DNA of 64,000 bases from an uncultured Oscillibacter sp. (GTDB lineage Bacteria; Bacillota; Clostridia; Oscillospirales; Oscillospiraceae): assembly GCA_949959305.1 (NCBI GenBank), contig CATLJA010000003.1, forward strand, positions 11,999 to 75,998, read 5' to 3'. Below are positions 18,736 to 28,891 of this stretch, one piece after another. Every line of letters begins with the position of its first letter. Positions within the stretch are counted from its first letter, which is position 1. Made by a program: the position numbers and the translations under genes. Under the pieces are notes generated by a model. It was not told the origin of the DNA, did no database searches, and was given only the letters and a program-made list of their open reading frames with translations.

Positions 18736-21031
18736 TCACTCCTCCTCCACGGGGAATGTGACCGCCGCCGTAAACAAATCCGCCACCGTCTCCACCCGGA
18801 AGCTGCCGCCGCAGGCCTCCGTAAAGGACCTGGCGATACTCAGGCCCAGGCCGCTGCCGCCGTCGGTGCGGCTGGCGTCCCCCCGGACGAACCGGGCGGT
18901 GAAGTCCACCCCCCTGGGCAGCTCGCTGCGGGAGGTGTTTCGGATGCTGGCCTCCGCCGTTCCCTCCGCCGCCTTCAGGCTCAGGTACACCCGGCTGCCC
19001 TCCAGGGCGTAGCGCAGGGCGTTGTCAATGAGGTTTTGAAAGACCCGGTACAGCCGCCTGCCGTCCGCCGTAATCATCACCGGCTCCTCCGGCAGCTCCG
19101 TCTTGAAGGTCAGGGCGCTTGCCCGGATGGGCCCGTCCATGTCCGCCAGGGTCTGGCGGAGGAGCTTGGCAAGGTCCAGCCGCTCCAAATGGACGGGGAG
19201 CTGGTCCGCCGCGGCCTTGCTGATGTCGAACACGTCCTCCACCATGGTCTTGAGCCGCCGGGCCTTCTCGTCGATGATCCGGGCGTAGTCCGCAGCCGCC
19301 GGGGGCAGCTCCTCCTGCCGCAGAAGCTCCGCGTAGGAGAGGACGGAGGTCAGGGGGGTCTTCAAATCGTGGGAGACGTTGCTTACCAGCTCCACCTTCA
19401 TCCGCTCGCTGCGGGTCTGCTCCTCCAGAGCCGCCTTCATCCCGGCCTGGATGTCGTTGAGGCGCTCCGCCGTCTGCCGCAGGTCGGCGTCCTCCGGGAG
19501 TTTCAGGGGCTTCGACAGGTCCCCGGCCCGGACGGCCTCCACCTGGTCCGCCAGGGCGGCGATGTCCTTCGCCAGCCTCATGCTCCGCCAGACGCTGTAG
19601 ATGGCAAGCACCAGCAGAACCTCCGCCAGGCATCCCAAAAGGAACAGCAGCCATCCCCAAAGGCTCCAATGAATCATCAGGAATTTCAGAAAGGCGGCGG
19701 CCGCGAACAGGGACAGGGCAAAGCCCAATAGCAGCACCAGCAGTACAAGGCCGCTCCTCCGGGCCAGCCGCTTTTCCACGGGCCGTTTCAGTTCCCTTGC
19801 CCGGAGGGAGCGAAAAAGAGCGCGGAGGAGGGACCTCCGGGCCTCCCTGGGGTTGTATTTGTGGTCGTTGCGGATGAGCCAGAACAGCCAGAACAGGACC
19901 AGCAGGGCCGGGAGGTTCATGGTGGCAAGCCGGAGGACCGACAGTCCCCAGCCGGCGAAGGAATACCCGCCGTCCCAGCCGTAGGAATAGCTGTAAAGAA
20001 TCTCATAGACAAGGCCCAGGTTGAACACCCCCGGCAGGAAGGCCCACAGGAGACACCCCAGCGCCAGCAGGAACCGTGCCTCCGTCCAGATATGGGCGGT
20101 CCAGGAGGCGATTTTCCGGCTTACCGGCTCCGTGGATTTGCGCAGGAGGAACCACACCGCCAGGCACAGCGCGCCCGCGCCGGACAGGACCGCCTGGGTC
20201 CGGTAGAAATCCCGGGCTTCCTTTACCTGCCGGGCAATGTAGTACATACTGCTGGTGTTGTAGGAGCTTCCGCTTTTGTAGTCTACATAGTGATAGCGGA
20301 CGGGGGTCTCCCGGACGGCCATCACCACCTTGACCCCCTCCAGCTGCTCGCTGGCAGGGAAGTTGTCGTAGCCGGGGACGAACCACTGGGAATCCATCAT
20401 AGTATCCATCTCCGTATACGTCCAGGGTTTGGCCGTCCTTGAAGATGGAGACCTTGCCGTCCACAAACTGGAGATAGAAGTTGTACCCCTCCACGGACCG
20501 GGCCAGCAGCTTGTCCAGGCCGGCGTCCATATTGCTGTAGACCTTTCCGCCCTTTATTTCTCCGTTCCGGATATAATAGAGGACGTTCTTGTCCGCCTGA
20601 TAGGCCGCGTCCGGCTCCCGCTCGTGTTCGGGCTCTCCCTCCGCCGGAGGGGAGGCGGAGAAATCAAGCTCCTGCTCCTGGATGCCCCAGTCCGCCGCTA
20701 TGGCCTCCGCGGCTTTCCCGAAGCCCCACCAGGAGCGGACGGCCTCCTCCTGCACCACGGCGGTGCCTTCGACGGAGTCCAGCCAATAATCATAGCTGTA
20801 AATATCCAGCTTCCCTCCGGCCCCGAGGGTCAGGAAGTCCTTGAGGATGGAGGCGGTTTCCATCCGGAAGTCCTCCGTCTCCTGCCAGTCCGTCTCCCAC
20901 CGGGGAGAGGGGTCCCGCTCCCCGGCGATCCGGTTCCCCACGGCCCCCAGGCTGGAGAGGGCCAGCGTCGCCCCCAGGAAGAAGGCCAGAAAGCCCGCCA
21001 GGGCCTTAGTGCTGTTCCATTTTGTATCCAA
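18736..21031 (-). pseudogene. Sensor histidine kinase split by a frameshift near 20392
   Basis: N-terminal ORF reads ...DVYGDGYYDG, then continues in another frame SQWFVPGYDNF...; C-terminal part has SHDLKTPL, NLIDNA, GSGLGL. Confidence 0.75.
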
Positions 21032-21713
21032 TGCCCCACACCACCTTAATATAATCTGGCTCCTTGGGATTCAGCTCGATTTTCTCCCGAATGCGGCGGA
21101 TGTGGACCATCACCGTGTTCTCACAGAGATAAGCGTCCTCGTTCCACACCCGCCGGTAAATCTCCTCGGCAGGGAAAACCTGCCCGGGATGGCGGATGAG
21201 GAGGTCCAGGATTTTCGTCTCCGTGGGGGTGAGCTTCACCTCGTCCCCGTCGGCCCGGAGAATCCGCCCGGCGGGGTCGTAGCTGAGCCGCCCGTTGACG
21301 ATCAAGCCCCGCCGCCCCTCGGCGTTCACGTCGCCAAGCGACGTGTACCGCCGCAGCTGACTCCGCACCCGGGCGGTAAGCTCCTGGGGGTTGTAGGGCT
21401 TGGTCACGTAATCGTCGGCCCCCATGGAGAGCCCCAGGATCTTGTCCGTGTCCTCGCTTTTGGCGGAAAGGACAATCACCGGCAGGTTCCGCCGCTCCCG
21501 GATGCGGAGCAGGGCGGAGAGCCCGTCCAGCCTGGGCATCATCACGTCGATGAGGATCAGCTTCACGGCGGGGTCCAGGCACGCCTCCACCGCCTGGAGG
21601 CCGTCATAGGCCCTGCGCACCTGCCAGCCCTCCCGTTCCAGGGTGATGGCGATGGCGTTTACGATTTCGGGGTCGTCGTCCACAACTAAAATACATTCGC
21701 TGCATTCGTTCAT
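21006..21713 (-). CDS. OmpR-family response regulator
   Basis: ILVVDDD, DVMMP, KPY, winged-helix VHIRRIREKIE...VWGIGY. Confidence 0.93.
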   Translation of the reverse strand: MNECSECILVVDDDPEIVNAIAITLEREGWQVRRAYDGLQAVEACLDPAVKLILIDVMMPRLDGLSALLRIRERRNLPVIVLSAKSEDTDKILGLSMGADDYVTKPYNPQELTARVRSQLRRYTSLGDVNAEGRRGLIVNGRLSYDPAGRILRADGDEVKLTPTETKILDLLIRHPGQVFPAEEIYRRVWNEDAYLCENTVMVHIRRIREKIELNPKEPDYIKVVWGIGYKMEQH

Positions 21714-21757
21714 ACCGGGCTTCCTCCCTTGAGCTGATTACAGGATAACAGGCAAAT

Positions 21758-21796
21758 CTTACGGGCGGCTTGACAAAATTCTTAAGATTTTCTTAC
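21758..21796. promoter_or_regulatory. Tandem direct repeats with ~11-bp period (OmpR-family binding site candidate)
   Basis: CTTAC(21758), CTTGAC(21769), CTTAAG(21781), CTTAC(21792) upstream of the response regulator. Confidence 0.55.
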
Positions 21797-21843
21797 AATT
21801 GCGCGGACGGCAGGGAAAAGGCGGGGGATTTTCCCCCCCCGCC

Positions 21844-23079
21844 CTATTTTTTCAGCGGCATCGTGAACAAAAACCGCGTCCCCTCCCCGCCGCTCTCGGC
21901 CCGGAGGGTCCCCTTGTGCTCCTGGGCGGCGGCGGCGGCGATGCTCAGCCCCAGGCCGAAGCCGCTTTTCTCCCCCCGGGACGCGTCCGCCCGGTAAAAC
22001 CGCTCAAACAGCCGCCCCAGCTGCTCCGGCGGGATGGGCTCCCCGGGGTTGGAAACCGTCAGCCGGGCCTGCCGCTCCGTCTTCTCCAGAGTCAGGGCAA
22101 TGGTTCCGCCCTCCGCCCCGTACTTCACGGCGTTGTCCAGCAGGATGGAGACCAGCCGCCGCAGCTTGTCCCCGTCCCCCAGGACCAGGACGTTCTCCGC
22201 CACCCGGTACTCCAGGGGCTTCCCCGCCTCAAAGGCCACCGGCTCGAAGGCCAGGGCGCAGTCCTCCGCCAGGTCGGACAGGGAAACCTCCGTCAAAAGG
22301 GCGGGCTGGGCCATGTTGTCCGCCCGGGCCAGGGTCAGCATCTCCTCCACCAGGCGCTTCATCTGCCGGGACTCGGAGAGGATGTTGTCCGTCCACCGGG
22401 CAGGCCGCTCCTCCAGGGGCAGGGCGGAGAGCAGCTCCGCGTTGGACAAAATCACCGTCAGGGGCGTTTTCAGCTCGTGGGACGCGTCGGAGAGGAACTG
22501 CCGCTGCTGGCGCCAGGCCCGCTCCACAGGCCCCGTCGCCCACCGGGCCAGCACCGCCGACACGCCCAGCAGCAGCGCAAACGCCGCCAGGGCGATGCGC
22601 AGGTAGGAGCCCATCATCTCCCGGAGCATGGCCCGCTCCATGGACATGTCCACAAAGGCCAGCCGCTGGTACAGCCCGTTGTCCCGCCGGAGGTAGCGGA
22701 GGCTGTAGCTCTGGACCACGCCCTCCGGCCCCTCCCGGCCCAGGCACTCCTCCAAAATGGCGGCCAGCTCCGCCGTGTCCTCCAGCCCGGCGTAGGTGCC
22801 GCCGGTGACGTAGGCGGCGTAGGCTCCCCCGCCGCCGGGCCAGACGCTGACGGTGAAATAGGGCAGCAGCAGCTTGTCCCCGCCGATTTCCACGCCAATC
22901 TCCGGCTTCCGCCCGCCGGGGAGGGGCTCCTCCTGAATCACCCGGTGGAGCACCTCCCGGCTCAAATCCTCCACATTCCCCTTCAGGGCGGCGAAAATGG
23001 CGCCGCACACCGCCGCCAGCACGGCGGTGACCATGGCCATGCAGACCAACACGAATTTCAGCCGCAGCTTTCGAATCAT
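21844..23079 (-). CDS. Sensor histidine kinase
   Basis: Two TM segments; DASHELKTPL, LLDNAVKY, GFGLGL. Confidence 0.93.
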   Translation of the reverse strand: MIRKLRLKFVLVCMAMVTAVLAAVCGAIFAALKGNVEDLSREVLHRVIQEEPLPGGRKPEIGVEIGGDKLLLPYFTVSVWPGGGGAYAAYVTGGTYAGLEDTAELAAILEECLGREGPEGVVQSYSLRYLRRDNGLYQRLAFVDMSMERAMLREMMGSYLRIALAAFALLLGVSAVLARWATGPVERAWRQQRQFLSDASHELKTPLTVILSNAELLSALPLEERPARWTDNILSESRQMKRLVEEMLTLARADNMAQPALLTEVSLSDLAEDCALAFEPVAFEAGKPLEYRVAENVLVLGDGDKLRRLVSILLDNAVKYGAEGGTIALTLEKTERQARLTVSNPGEPIPPEQLGRLFERFYRADASRGEKSGFGLGLSIAAAAAQEHKGTLRAESGGEGTRFLFTMPLKK

Positions 23080-23180
23080 GCCCCCGATACCCCTTGTGCA
23101 AAACTTTGTGGAAATTGTGTAAAACCGCCAGACGGCGGTGGAGAAGATAGGCGGAACTCACAGTTGACGAAACGCCCGTT

Positions 23181-23858
23181 TCAGCGGTCCTCCTCCAGGC
23201 AGTAGCCCGCCATGCGGATGGTGCGGATGCGGACCCCGGCGTGGATGTGGGACAGCTTTTTGCGGAGGAAGGAGATATAAACCTCCACGTTGTTGTCCTC
23301 CGCGTCGGACTCATAGCCCCAGATTTTCAGCAGCAGGGATTCCTTGGCCAGCACCAGGTTCCGGTTCAGCATCAAAAGCTCCATCATGTCAAATTCCTTC
23401 CGGCTGAGGCGGACGGACCGCCCGCCGCAGGAGAGGGTGAAGCTGCTTTTGTCCAGCCGCACCCCGCCGAACTCCAGCAAATCCGGGTTCCGCAGCTCCG
23501 GCTGCCGCCGGGTCAGGGCCCGGACGCAGGCCAGCAGCTCCTTGGGGTCGAAGGGCTTGGTCAGATAGTAGTCCGCCCCCCGGTCCAGGCCCTCCACCTT
23601 GTCGGCCGTTTCCGACCGGGCGGTGAGCATCAGCACCGGCGAGGCGTTCCCCGCCTCACGGAGGCGGCGCAGGACGGTGAACCCGTCCAGCTTGGGCAGC
23701 ATCACGTCCAGCAGTATCACGTCGTAAATGCCCGTCAGCGCGTCGTCCAGGCCGGACTCGCCGTCGTGGCGCACGTCGGCGGTGTACCCGTTCAGCTCCA
23801 GCAGGTCCTGGAGCGTGGCGGCCAGCCGGACCTCGTCCTCGATTACCAATACCCGCAT
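23181..23858 (-). CDS. OmpR-family response regulator
   Basis: LVIEDE, DVMLP, KPF, VEVYISFLRKKL. Confidence 0.93.
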   Translation of the reverse strand: MRVLVIEDEVRLAATLQDLLELNGYTADVRHDGESGLDDALTGIYDVILLDVMLPKLDGFTVLRRLREAGNASPVLMLTARSETADKVEGLDRGADYYLTKPFDPKELLACVRALTRRQPELRNPDLLEFGGVRLDKSSFTLSCGGRSVRLSRKEFDMMELLMLNRNLVLAKESLLLKIWGYESDAEDNNVEVYISFLRKKLSHIHAGVRIRTIRMAGYCLEEDR

Positions 23859-23870
23859 GGGCGCTCCTCC

Positions 23871-24974
23871 TTATTCCGCCCCCTGGCTCTCCGGCGCGGC
23901 GCCGTCCTGGGCCGCGCCCCGGATTCCGCCGGAGGAAATCATCATCAGCGCGTCCGCGCCGTCGTTGGACAGGGCGTAGATGGCCCCGTCCTCCTCCAGC
24001 CGGACATAGCGGCCGGACTCGTCGGGCATCCGGGCCCCCACGGTGAGGATGAAGGTCTCGTCCACGCCATTTACGGAATACTCCGCCTTCAGAATGGCGG
24101 AGGCGCTGGCAAAGCCGCAGATTTCCGCCGCCTCCCGGCTGGGGAAATAGTCCACGCATTTCGCCATGGACATGGTCTCCAGGTCATGCAGCAGCTCCTG
24201 GAGCAGCGGGGCGGCGGTGACGTTGTCGCTGCCCTCAAACCACAAAGCCGGCTGGTCCTCCCCGTTGGAGCGCCGGGCGTTCAGGGTGACGGTGGGCCGC
24301 TCCGGCGCCTCCGGCGTCTCGCCGGAGCCATTCCCCGCGGGCTCCGCCGCGGGGACGGCGCCCTGGATGGTGATGGCCCGCAGGTTCCGCTCGCTGAGGT
24401 CCGGCAGCTCCGGCAGGGCGCACATGTCGTAAATGGGCATCTGCATCAGCTTCACCAGGGTGTCGGCCACGATGTACACCGTGGCCTCGTCCCCATCCAT
24501 CATCATATAATAGCTGTCCCCGTCGGTGGTGGCTTTGCCGAAGGCCAGATTCCGCTCCCCGCCGTCCGCGGCGGAGGCGGAAAGGGTGGCCGAGGGAGCG
24601 TCCAGGCCGTACTCCGACAGGCTCTCCCCGGCGGGAAGGACCTGCTGGAATTTCAGGGAAGCCAGCTCCTCCAGAATGGAAACCACCGTCTCGTCCCTCA
24701 GCGGAAAATCCGGGCCGTCGGACCAGACCCATTCCCCGCCCTCGGACAGGGCGAAGGAGAGGGTAACGGAGCCGTTGTAATAGCGCAGGGCGCGGTACTC
24801 CCCGGGGTCCGCCGCCGCGCCGCCGCCGGAAAGGCCGGCGGCTCCGCCGCTCCCCGCCAGGGCCTCCTCCCGCCCCTCCCGGTAAATCATGCCGAAAACA
24901 ACCAGCAGCGCCAGGAACAGCACTCCGGCGACACTCAGCAGCATGGTGACGGTCCGTCTTTCTTTCCAGGTCAT
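23871..24974 (-). CDS. Membrane-anchored DUF4340-like protein
   Basis: N-terminal TM; YGLDAP, FGK, two repeated units; RBS AGGAGG before MTWKERR. Confidence 0.6.
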   Translation of the reverse strand: MTWKERRTVTMLLSVAGVLFLALLVVFGMIYREGREEALAGSGGAAGLSGGGAAADPGEYRALRYYNGSVTLSFALSEGGEWVWSDGPDFPLRDETVVSILEELASLKFQQVLPAGESLSEYGLDAPSATLSASAADGGERNLAFGKATTDGDSYYMMMDGDEATVYIVADTLVKLMQMPIYDMCALPELPDLSERNLRAITIQGAVPAAEPAGNGSGETPEAPERPTVTLNARRSNGEDQPALWFEGSDNVTAAPLLQELLHDLETMSMAKCVDYFPSREAAEICGFASASAILKAEYSVNGVDETFILTVGARMPDESGRYVRLEEDGAIYALSNDGADALMMISSGGIRGAAQDGAAPESQGAE

Positions 24975-25028
24975 GTAAGGTCCTCCTGTTTTGAGCCGGC
25001 GGCGGGACCGCCGGGAAATTTCCCCCCG

Positions 25029-25105
25029 ATTATATCCCATAGGACCCGGTTTTGTCAATTTTACGGCCCCAAGCTGAAAGCCTTCTGAAAGGCTCCGCCT
25101 GAAAG
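25029..25105 (-). promoter_or_regulatory. Promoter and CTTTCAG direct repeats upstream of the DUF4340-RR-HK operon
   Basis: Minus strand TTGACA(25053-58)-N18-TATAAT(25029-34); CTGAAAG at 25074, 25085 and 25099. Confidence 0.55.
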
Positions 25106-25164
25106 GTTCACAAATTATTTATAAAAAATCCAGATTCATTTCAAATTTCCCGGGTATCCTAATA

Positions 25165-25259
25165 CCATCCTCCAGGTCGGAGACACGATTTCCTCTCTTT
25201 CTGTTTCTTTTCCCTCTTTGCTGCCGGCGGCGGGCCTTGCCCGTCCGCCGGATTTTTTT
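25165..25259 (+). ncRNA. Candidate pyrimidine-rich small RNA
   Basis: CU-rich tract TTTCCTCTCTTTCTGTTTCTTTTCCCTCTTT followed by strong terminator CCGGCGG...CCGCCGG-ATTTTTTT with no upstream plus-strand ORF. Confidence 0.4.
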
Positions 25260-25422
25260 GTCCTCCCCCGGCAGAGTTCGCTTTTTCCTCATTTAACCGA
25301 TTGCCTGCCAGCAAGAACCTCTTGCAATGTGACGGGGGGTCCGCTATAATAGGCTTGAAGCGAATTGGTTTATTATTTCACAAAGAACAGGCGCGCCGCC
25401 TGGAAAATAGGAGGAGACTGCT

Positions 25423-26964
25423 ATGAGAGGTGTACACAGCGCGGTCGACGACATCCGCCGAACCGTATTTAAAGAGGTGGCCAAGCTGGCCCTGGAGGGC
25501 GGGGACCCCCGCCTTCTGGACCAGATTCCCCTGAAGATGATCCAGGGGGACGTGGCCAAGCACCGCCACGACGTCTTCCTGGAGCGGGCCGTCGTCCAGG
25601 AGCGGGTCCGGCTGGCCCTGGGGCTGAACATCCGCTTCGCCGGGGAGACCACGCCCGTCAGCGAGGACCTCCAGTGGGCGGAGAAGTCCCAGAAGCACTT
25701 CCAAAACCCCCTGGTGAACATCATCCCCTTCGCCTGCAACGCCTGTCCTCCCAAGCAGCTCCGCATCACCGACAACTGCCAGGGCTGCATCTCCCACCCC
25801 TGCATGAACGTCTGCCCCAAGGACGCCGTCTACATGGACAAGGACAAGCACTGCCACATCGACCAGGACAAGTGCATCAAGTGCGGCAAGTGCTTCAACC
25901 AGTGCCCCTACCGGGCCATCAGCAAGATTGAGCGGCCCTGCGCCGCCGCCTGCGGCATGGACGCCATCAAGTCCGACGAGCTGGGCCGGGCGAAAATCGA
26001 CTATGACAAGTGCGTCTCCTGCGGCATGTGCCTGGTGAACTGCCCCTTCGGGGCCATCGCCGACAAGAGCCAGATTTACCAGGTCTGCCAGGCCCTCCGG
26101 ACGGGGGAGAAGGTGGTGGCCTGCGTGGCCCCGGCCTTCGTGGGCCAGTTCGGCAAGGAAGCCACCCCCGCCAAGCTCCACGCCGCCATGAAGGTGCTGG
26201 GCTTTTACGACGTGGTGGAGGTCGCCATCGGCGCGGACCTGTGCACCGTGGAGGAGGCCCACGACTTTTTGGAGGAGGTCCCCGCCAAGCAGCCTTGGAT
26301 GGGTACTTCCTGCTGCCCCGCCTGGAGCGTCATGGCGAAGAAGCTCTACCCCGAGTTCGCCGACTACATCTCCATGGCCCTGACCCCCATGGTCATCACC
26401 GCCCGGATGGTGAAGAAGGACCACCCGGACGCGAAAACCGTCTTCATCGGCCCCTGCTCCGCCAAGAAGCTGGAGGCCAACCGCCGGACCATCCGCTCCG
26501 ACGTGGACTTCGTCCTCACCTTCGAGGAGATGCTGGGCATCTTCGACGCGGCGGACATTGACTTTTCCAAGCTCCGGGCCAACCCGGAGGACGAAATGGA
26601 CGAGGGCACCGGCATGGGCCGGGGCTTCGCCGTGGGCGGGGGCGTGGCCGCCGCCGTGGTGGAGGCCGTCAAGCGCATCGACCCGGAGAGGAAGATTCCG
26701 ATTGAGTACGGCGACGGCCTGAAAAACTGCCGGAAGATGCTGGCCATGGCCAAGGCGGGCAAGCGGGACGGCTACCTGCTGGAGGGCATGGGCTGTCCCG
26801 GCGGCTGCGTCGCCGGCGCGGGCACCATCGCCCCGGTGCGGGAGAGCATGATGACCGTGGAGAAGTTCAAGAACGAGGCTCCCTCCATGAGCTGCACCGA
26901 GAGCCCCTACCTGGACCGGCTGGAGGAAGTGGAGCAGAAATACGAAATCACCCCCCACGACTGA
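25423..26964 (+). CDS. Monomeric [FeFe]-hydrogenase (group B-like) with ferredoxin domains
   Basis: H-cluster motifs TSCCPAW, GPCSAKKLE, EGMGCPGGCVAG; several CxxCxxCxxxCP. Confidence 0.9.
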   Translation: MRGVHSAVDDIRRTVFKEVAKLALEGGDPRLLDQIPLKMIQGDVAKHRHDVFLERAVVQERVRLALGLNIRFAGETTPVSEDLQWAEKSQKHFQNPLVNIIPFACNACPPKQLRITDNCQGCISHPCMNVCPKDAVYMDKDKHCHIDQDKCIKCGKCFNQCPYRAISKIERPCAAACGMDAIKSDELGRAKIDYDKCVSCGMCLVNCPFGAIADKSQIYQVCQALRTGEKVVACVAPAFVGQFGKEATPAKLHAAMKVLGFYDVVEVAIGADLCTVEEAHDFLEEVPAKQPWMGTSCCPAWSVMAKKLYPEFADYISMALTPMVITARMVKKDHPDAKTVFIGPCSAKKLEANRRTIRSDVDFVLTFEEMLGIFDAADIDFSKLRANPEDEMDEGTGMGRGFAVGGGVAAAVVEAVKRIDPERKIPIEYGDGLKNCRKMLAMAKAGKRDGYLLEGMGCPGGCVAGAGTIAPVRESMMTVEKFKNEAPSMSCTESPYLDRLEEVEQKYEITPHD

Positions 26965-27087
26965 TTTTCCCGGCTGGCGGGCAAAATTTTGACGGGCTCC
27001 GGCCCGTCAAAATTTTTTTGGCAAAGCTGTAACAAACGGCCCGCCCGGAGGATATATAAGCAGAACAGGCGGGAAGGAGGCAAAGCC

Positions 27088-27579
27088 ATGGAGGACATGC
27101 GGGAGGTCTATCAGCGGCACGCCCGGACAGTCTATAAGTTCCTCCTGGCCCAGTGCCGCGACCCGGACCTTGCCGAGGAGCTGACCCAGGAGACCTTTTA
27201 CCAGGCGGTGAAGTCCGTGGACCGCTTCGACGGCGGCTGCAAGGTCTCCGTCTGGCTCTGCCAGATTGCCAAGCACCTGTGGTACCAGCATCTGCGGAAG
27301 GGAAAGCGGGAGGCTCCCCTCCCGCCGGAGGATCTGCCGGAGGCCCCCGGCCCCTCGGCGGAGGAGGGGCTTTTGGAGAAGGAGGGCCGGATGGACCTTC
27401 TCCGGCTGGTCCACCGCCTGCCGGAGCCGGCGCGGGAGGTGGTGTACCTCCGAGCCTTCGGGGGGCTGAGCTTCCGGGAGATTGGGGACGTGTGCGGAAA
27501 GACGGAGACCTGGGCCCGGGTGACCTTTTACCGGAGCAAGGAAAAACTCAGGAATGGAGGCGCGAGGGATGAAGAATGA
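27088..27579 (+). CDS. ECF RNA polymerase sigma factor
   Basis: AEELTQETFYQA, WLCQIAKH, region 4 LSFREIG; upstream TGTAAC-N17-GATATA promoter candidate at 27028. Confidence 0.9.
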   Translation: MEDMREVYQRHARTVYKFLLAQCRDPDLAEELTQETFYQAVKSVDRFDGGCKVSVWLCQIAKHLWYQHLRKGKREAPLPPEDLPEAPGPSAEEGLLEKEGRMDLLRLVHRLPEPAREVVYLRAFGGLSFREIGDVCGKTETWARVTFYRSKEKLRNGGARDEE

Positions 27580-28657
27580 TTTGACCTGCGGCGTGGTGCG
27601 GGACCTGCTTCCCAGCTATGTGGAAAACCTTCTGGGGGAGGAGTCCCGGGCGGCGGTGGAGCGGCACCTGGCGGGCTGCCCGGAATGCACCGCGCAAAAG
27701 GAGGCCATGGCCTCTCCGGCGGAGGCGGCGGAGGCCGGGGAGACGGCGAAGGAGGTGGACTACCTCAAGGGGGTGAAAAAGAGGACGGCCAGGAAAATCG
27801 CCCTGGCGGTGGTGTGCACGGCGCTGGTGCTGGCGGGGGGCTTTTTGCCGAAGGAGTTCGTCATAGGCCGGACCCCGGACCCGGAGCATATCCACATCGA
27901 GCTTGCCCAGGTGGACGGGGACAACAACCTCACCCTGCTGGCGGACACCTATTGGGGGGCCTATGAGCTTCGGGGACTGAACGCCAGCACAAAGGACGGG
28001 GTCCTCGCCTACACGGCCCGGGAGGTCCGGGTCAACCTCTTCCAGGCCCTGTTTATGCAGGAAGAAACCGGCGGCATGACGGGCTACAGGAAGCAGATTC
28101 CCCTGTCCATTCCCCTGGACGGCCTGACGGAGGTCTGGATCTGCGGGCGGCTGGTGTGGCAGGACGGCGTGGTGATTTCCAAGGAGTGCCTGGACCTGCT
28201 GAGCGCCAAAACCCCCTACTGCGGCGACGCGGCGGCCCTGGGACGAATCGCGAATATCCTGCAAATCGGGAACCTGGGGACCTATACCACGGAATTGCAG
28301 ACCTCCAGGGAGCCCTACCGCTGGACGCTGAATTTTTCCGAGCAGATGAGCCAGCCGGAAGAAGCGTTGATGGGGCGCAACATGTATGCAATCTTAGCCC
28401 TGGTGGACAACCTGGGAGAGGTGCGGTATACGCTGCCGGATATCGAGCATATTCAGGTAGCCCAGTGGAGTGCGGGGGGTGACATGAGAAGGGAAAGGAC
28501 CGGCAGGGGAATCCATTCCCTTACAGAAAAATACAACGCCGCCCACAACACAACCCTGGAGGCAAAGGAAGACATCCGGGATTACACCCAATCTCCGGCG
28601 GAGTTCCAGCAGTTTATAGACGTTCTGGACTGGTATTTCCGGGAGTACGGGCAATAG
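27569..28657 (+). CDS. Zinc-binding anti-sigma factor (zf-HC2) with extracytoplasmic domain
   Basis: CGVVRDLLPSY...HLAGCPEC, single TM, overlaps sigma gene. Confidence 0.85.
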   Translation: MKNDLTCGVVRDLLPSYVENLLGEESRAAVERHLAGCPECTAQKEAMASPAEAAEAGETAKEVDYLKGVKKRTARKIALAVVCTALVLAGGFLPKEFVIGRTPDPEHIHIELAQVDGDNNLTLLADTYWGAYELRGLNASTKDGVLAYTAREVRVNLFQALFMQEETGGMTGYRKQIPLSIPLDGLTEVWICGRLVWQDGVVISKECLDLLSAKTPYCGDAAALGRIANILQIGNLGTYTTELQTSREPYRWTLNFSEQMSQPEEALMGRNMYAILALVDNLGEVRYTLPDIEHIQVAQWSAGGDMRRERTGRGIHSLTEKYNAAHNTTLEAKEDIRDYTQSPAEFQQFIDVLDWYFREYGQ

Positions 28658-28891
28658 GACCATTTGCCGAAGAAGAAGGACCGCCCGGAAGGGAGAGGCA
28701 ACGCAGTGACGTTGCCTCTCCCTTATTATTCGTAAGCAGCCGAATGTAATGGGAAATATTTCTTTCTCCGCGGTTTGATATGGGATATCGAGGCGTGAAA
28801 AATACAAAACCGCTTGCCTAATGCGGCCTGAACCGTTATAATGATAATGGGTTTTTATGTGAAGTCAGTTTAGGTAAGGGAAGTGGGCGGC

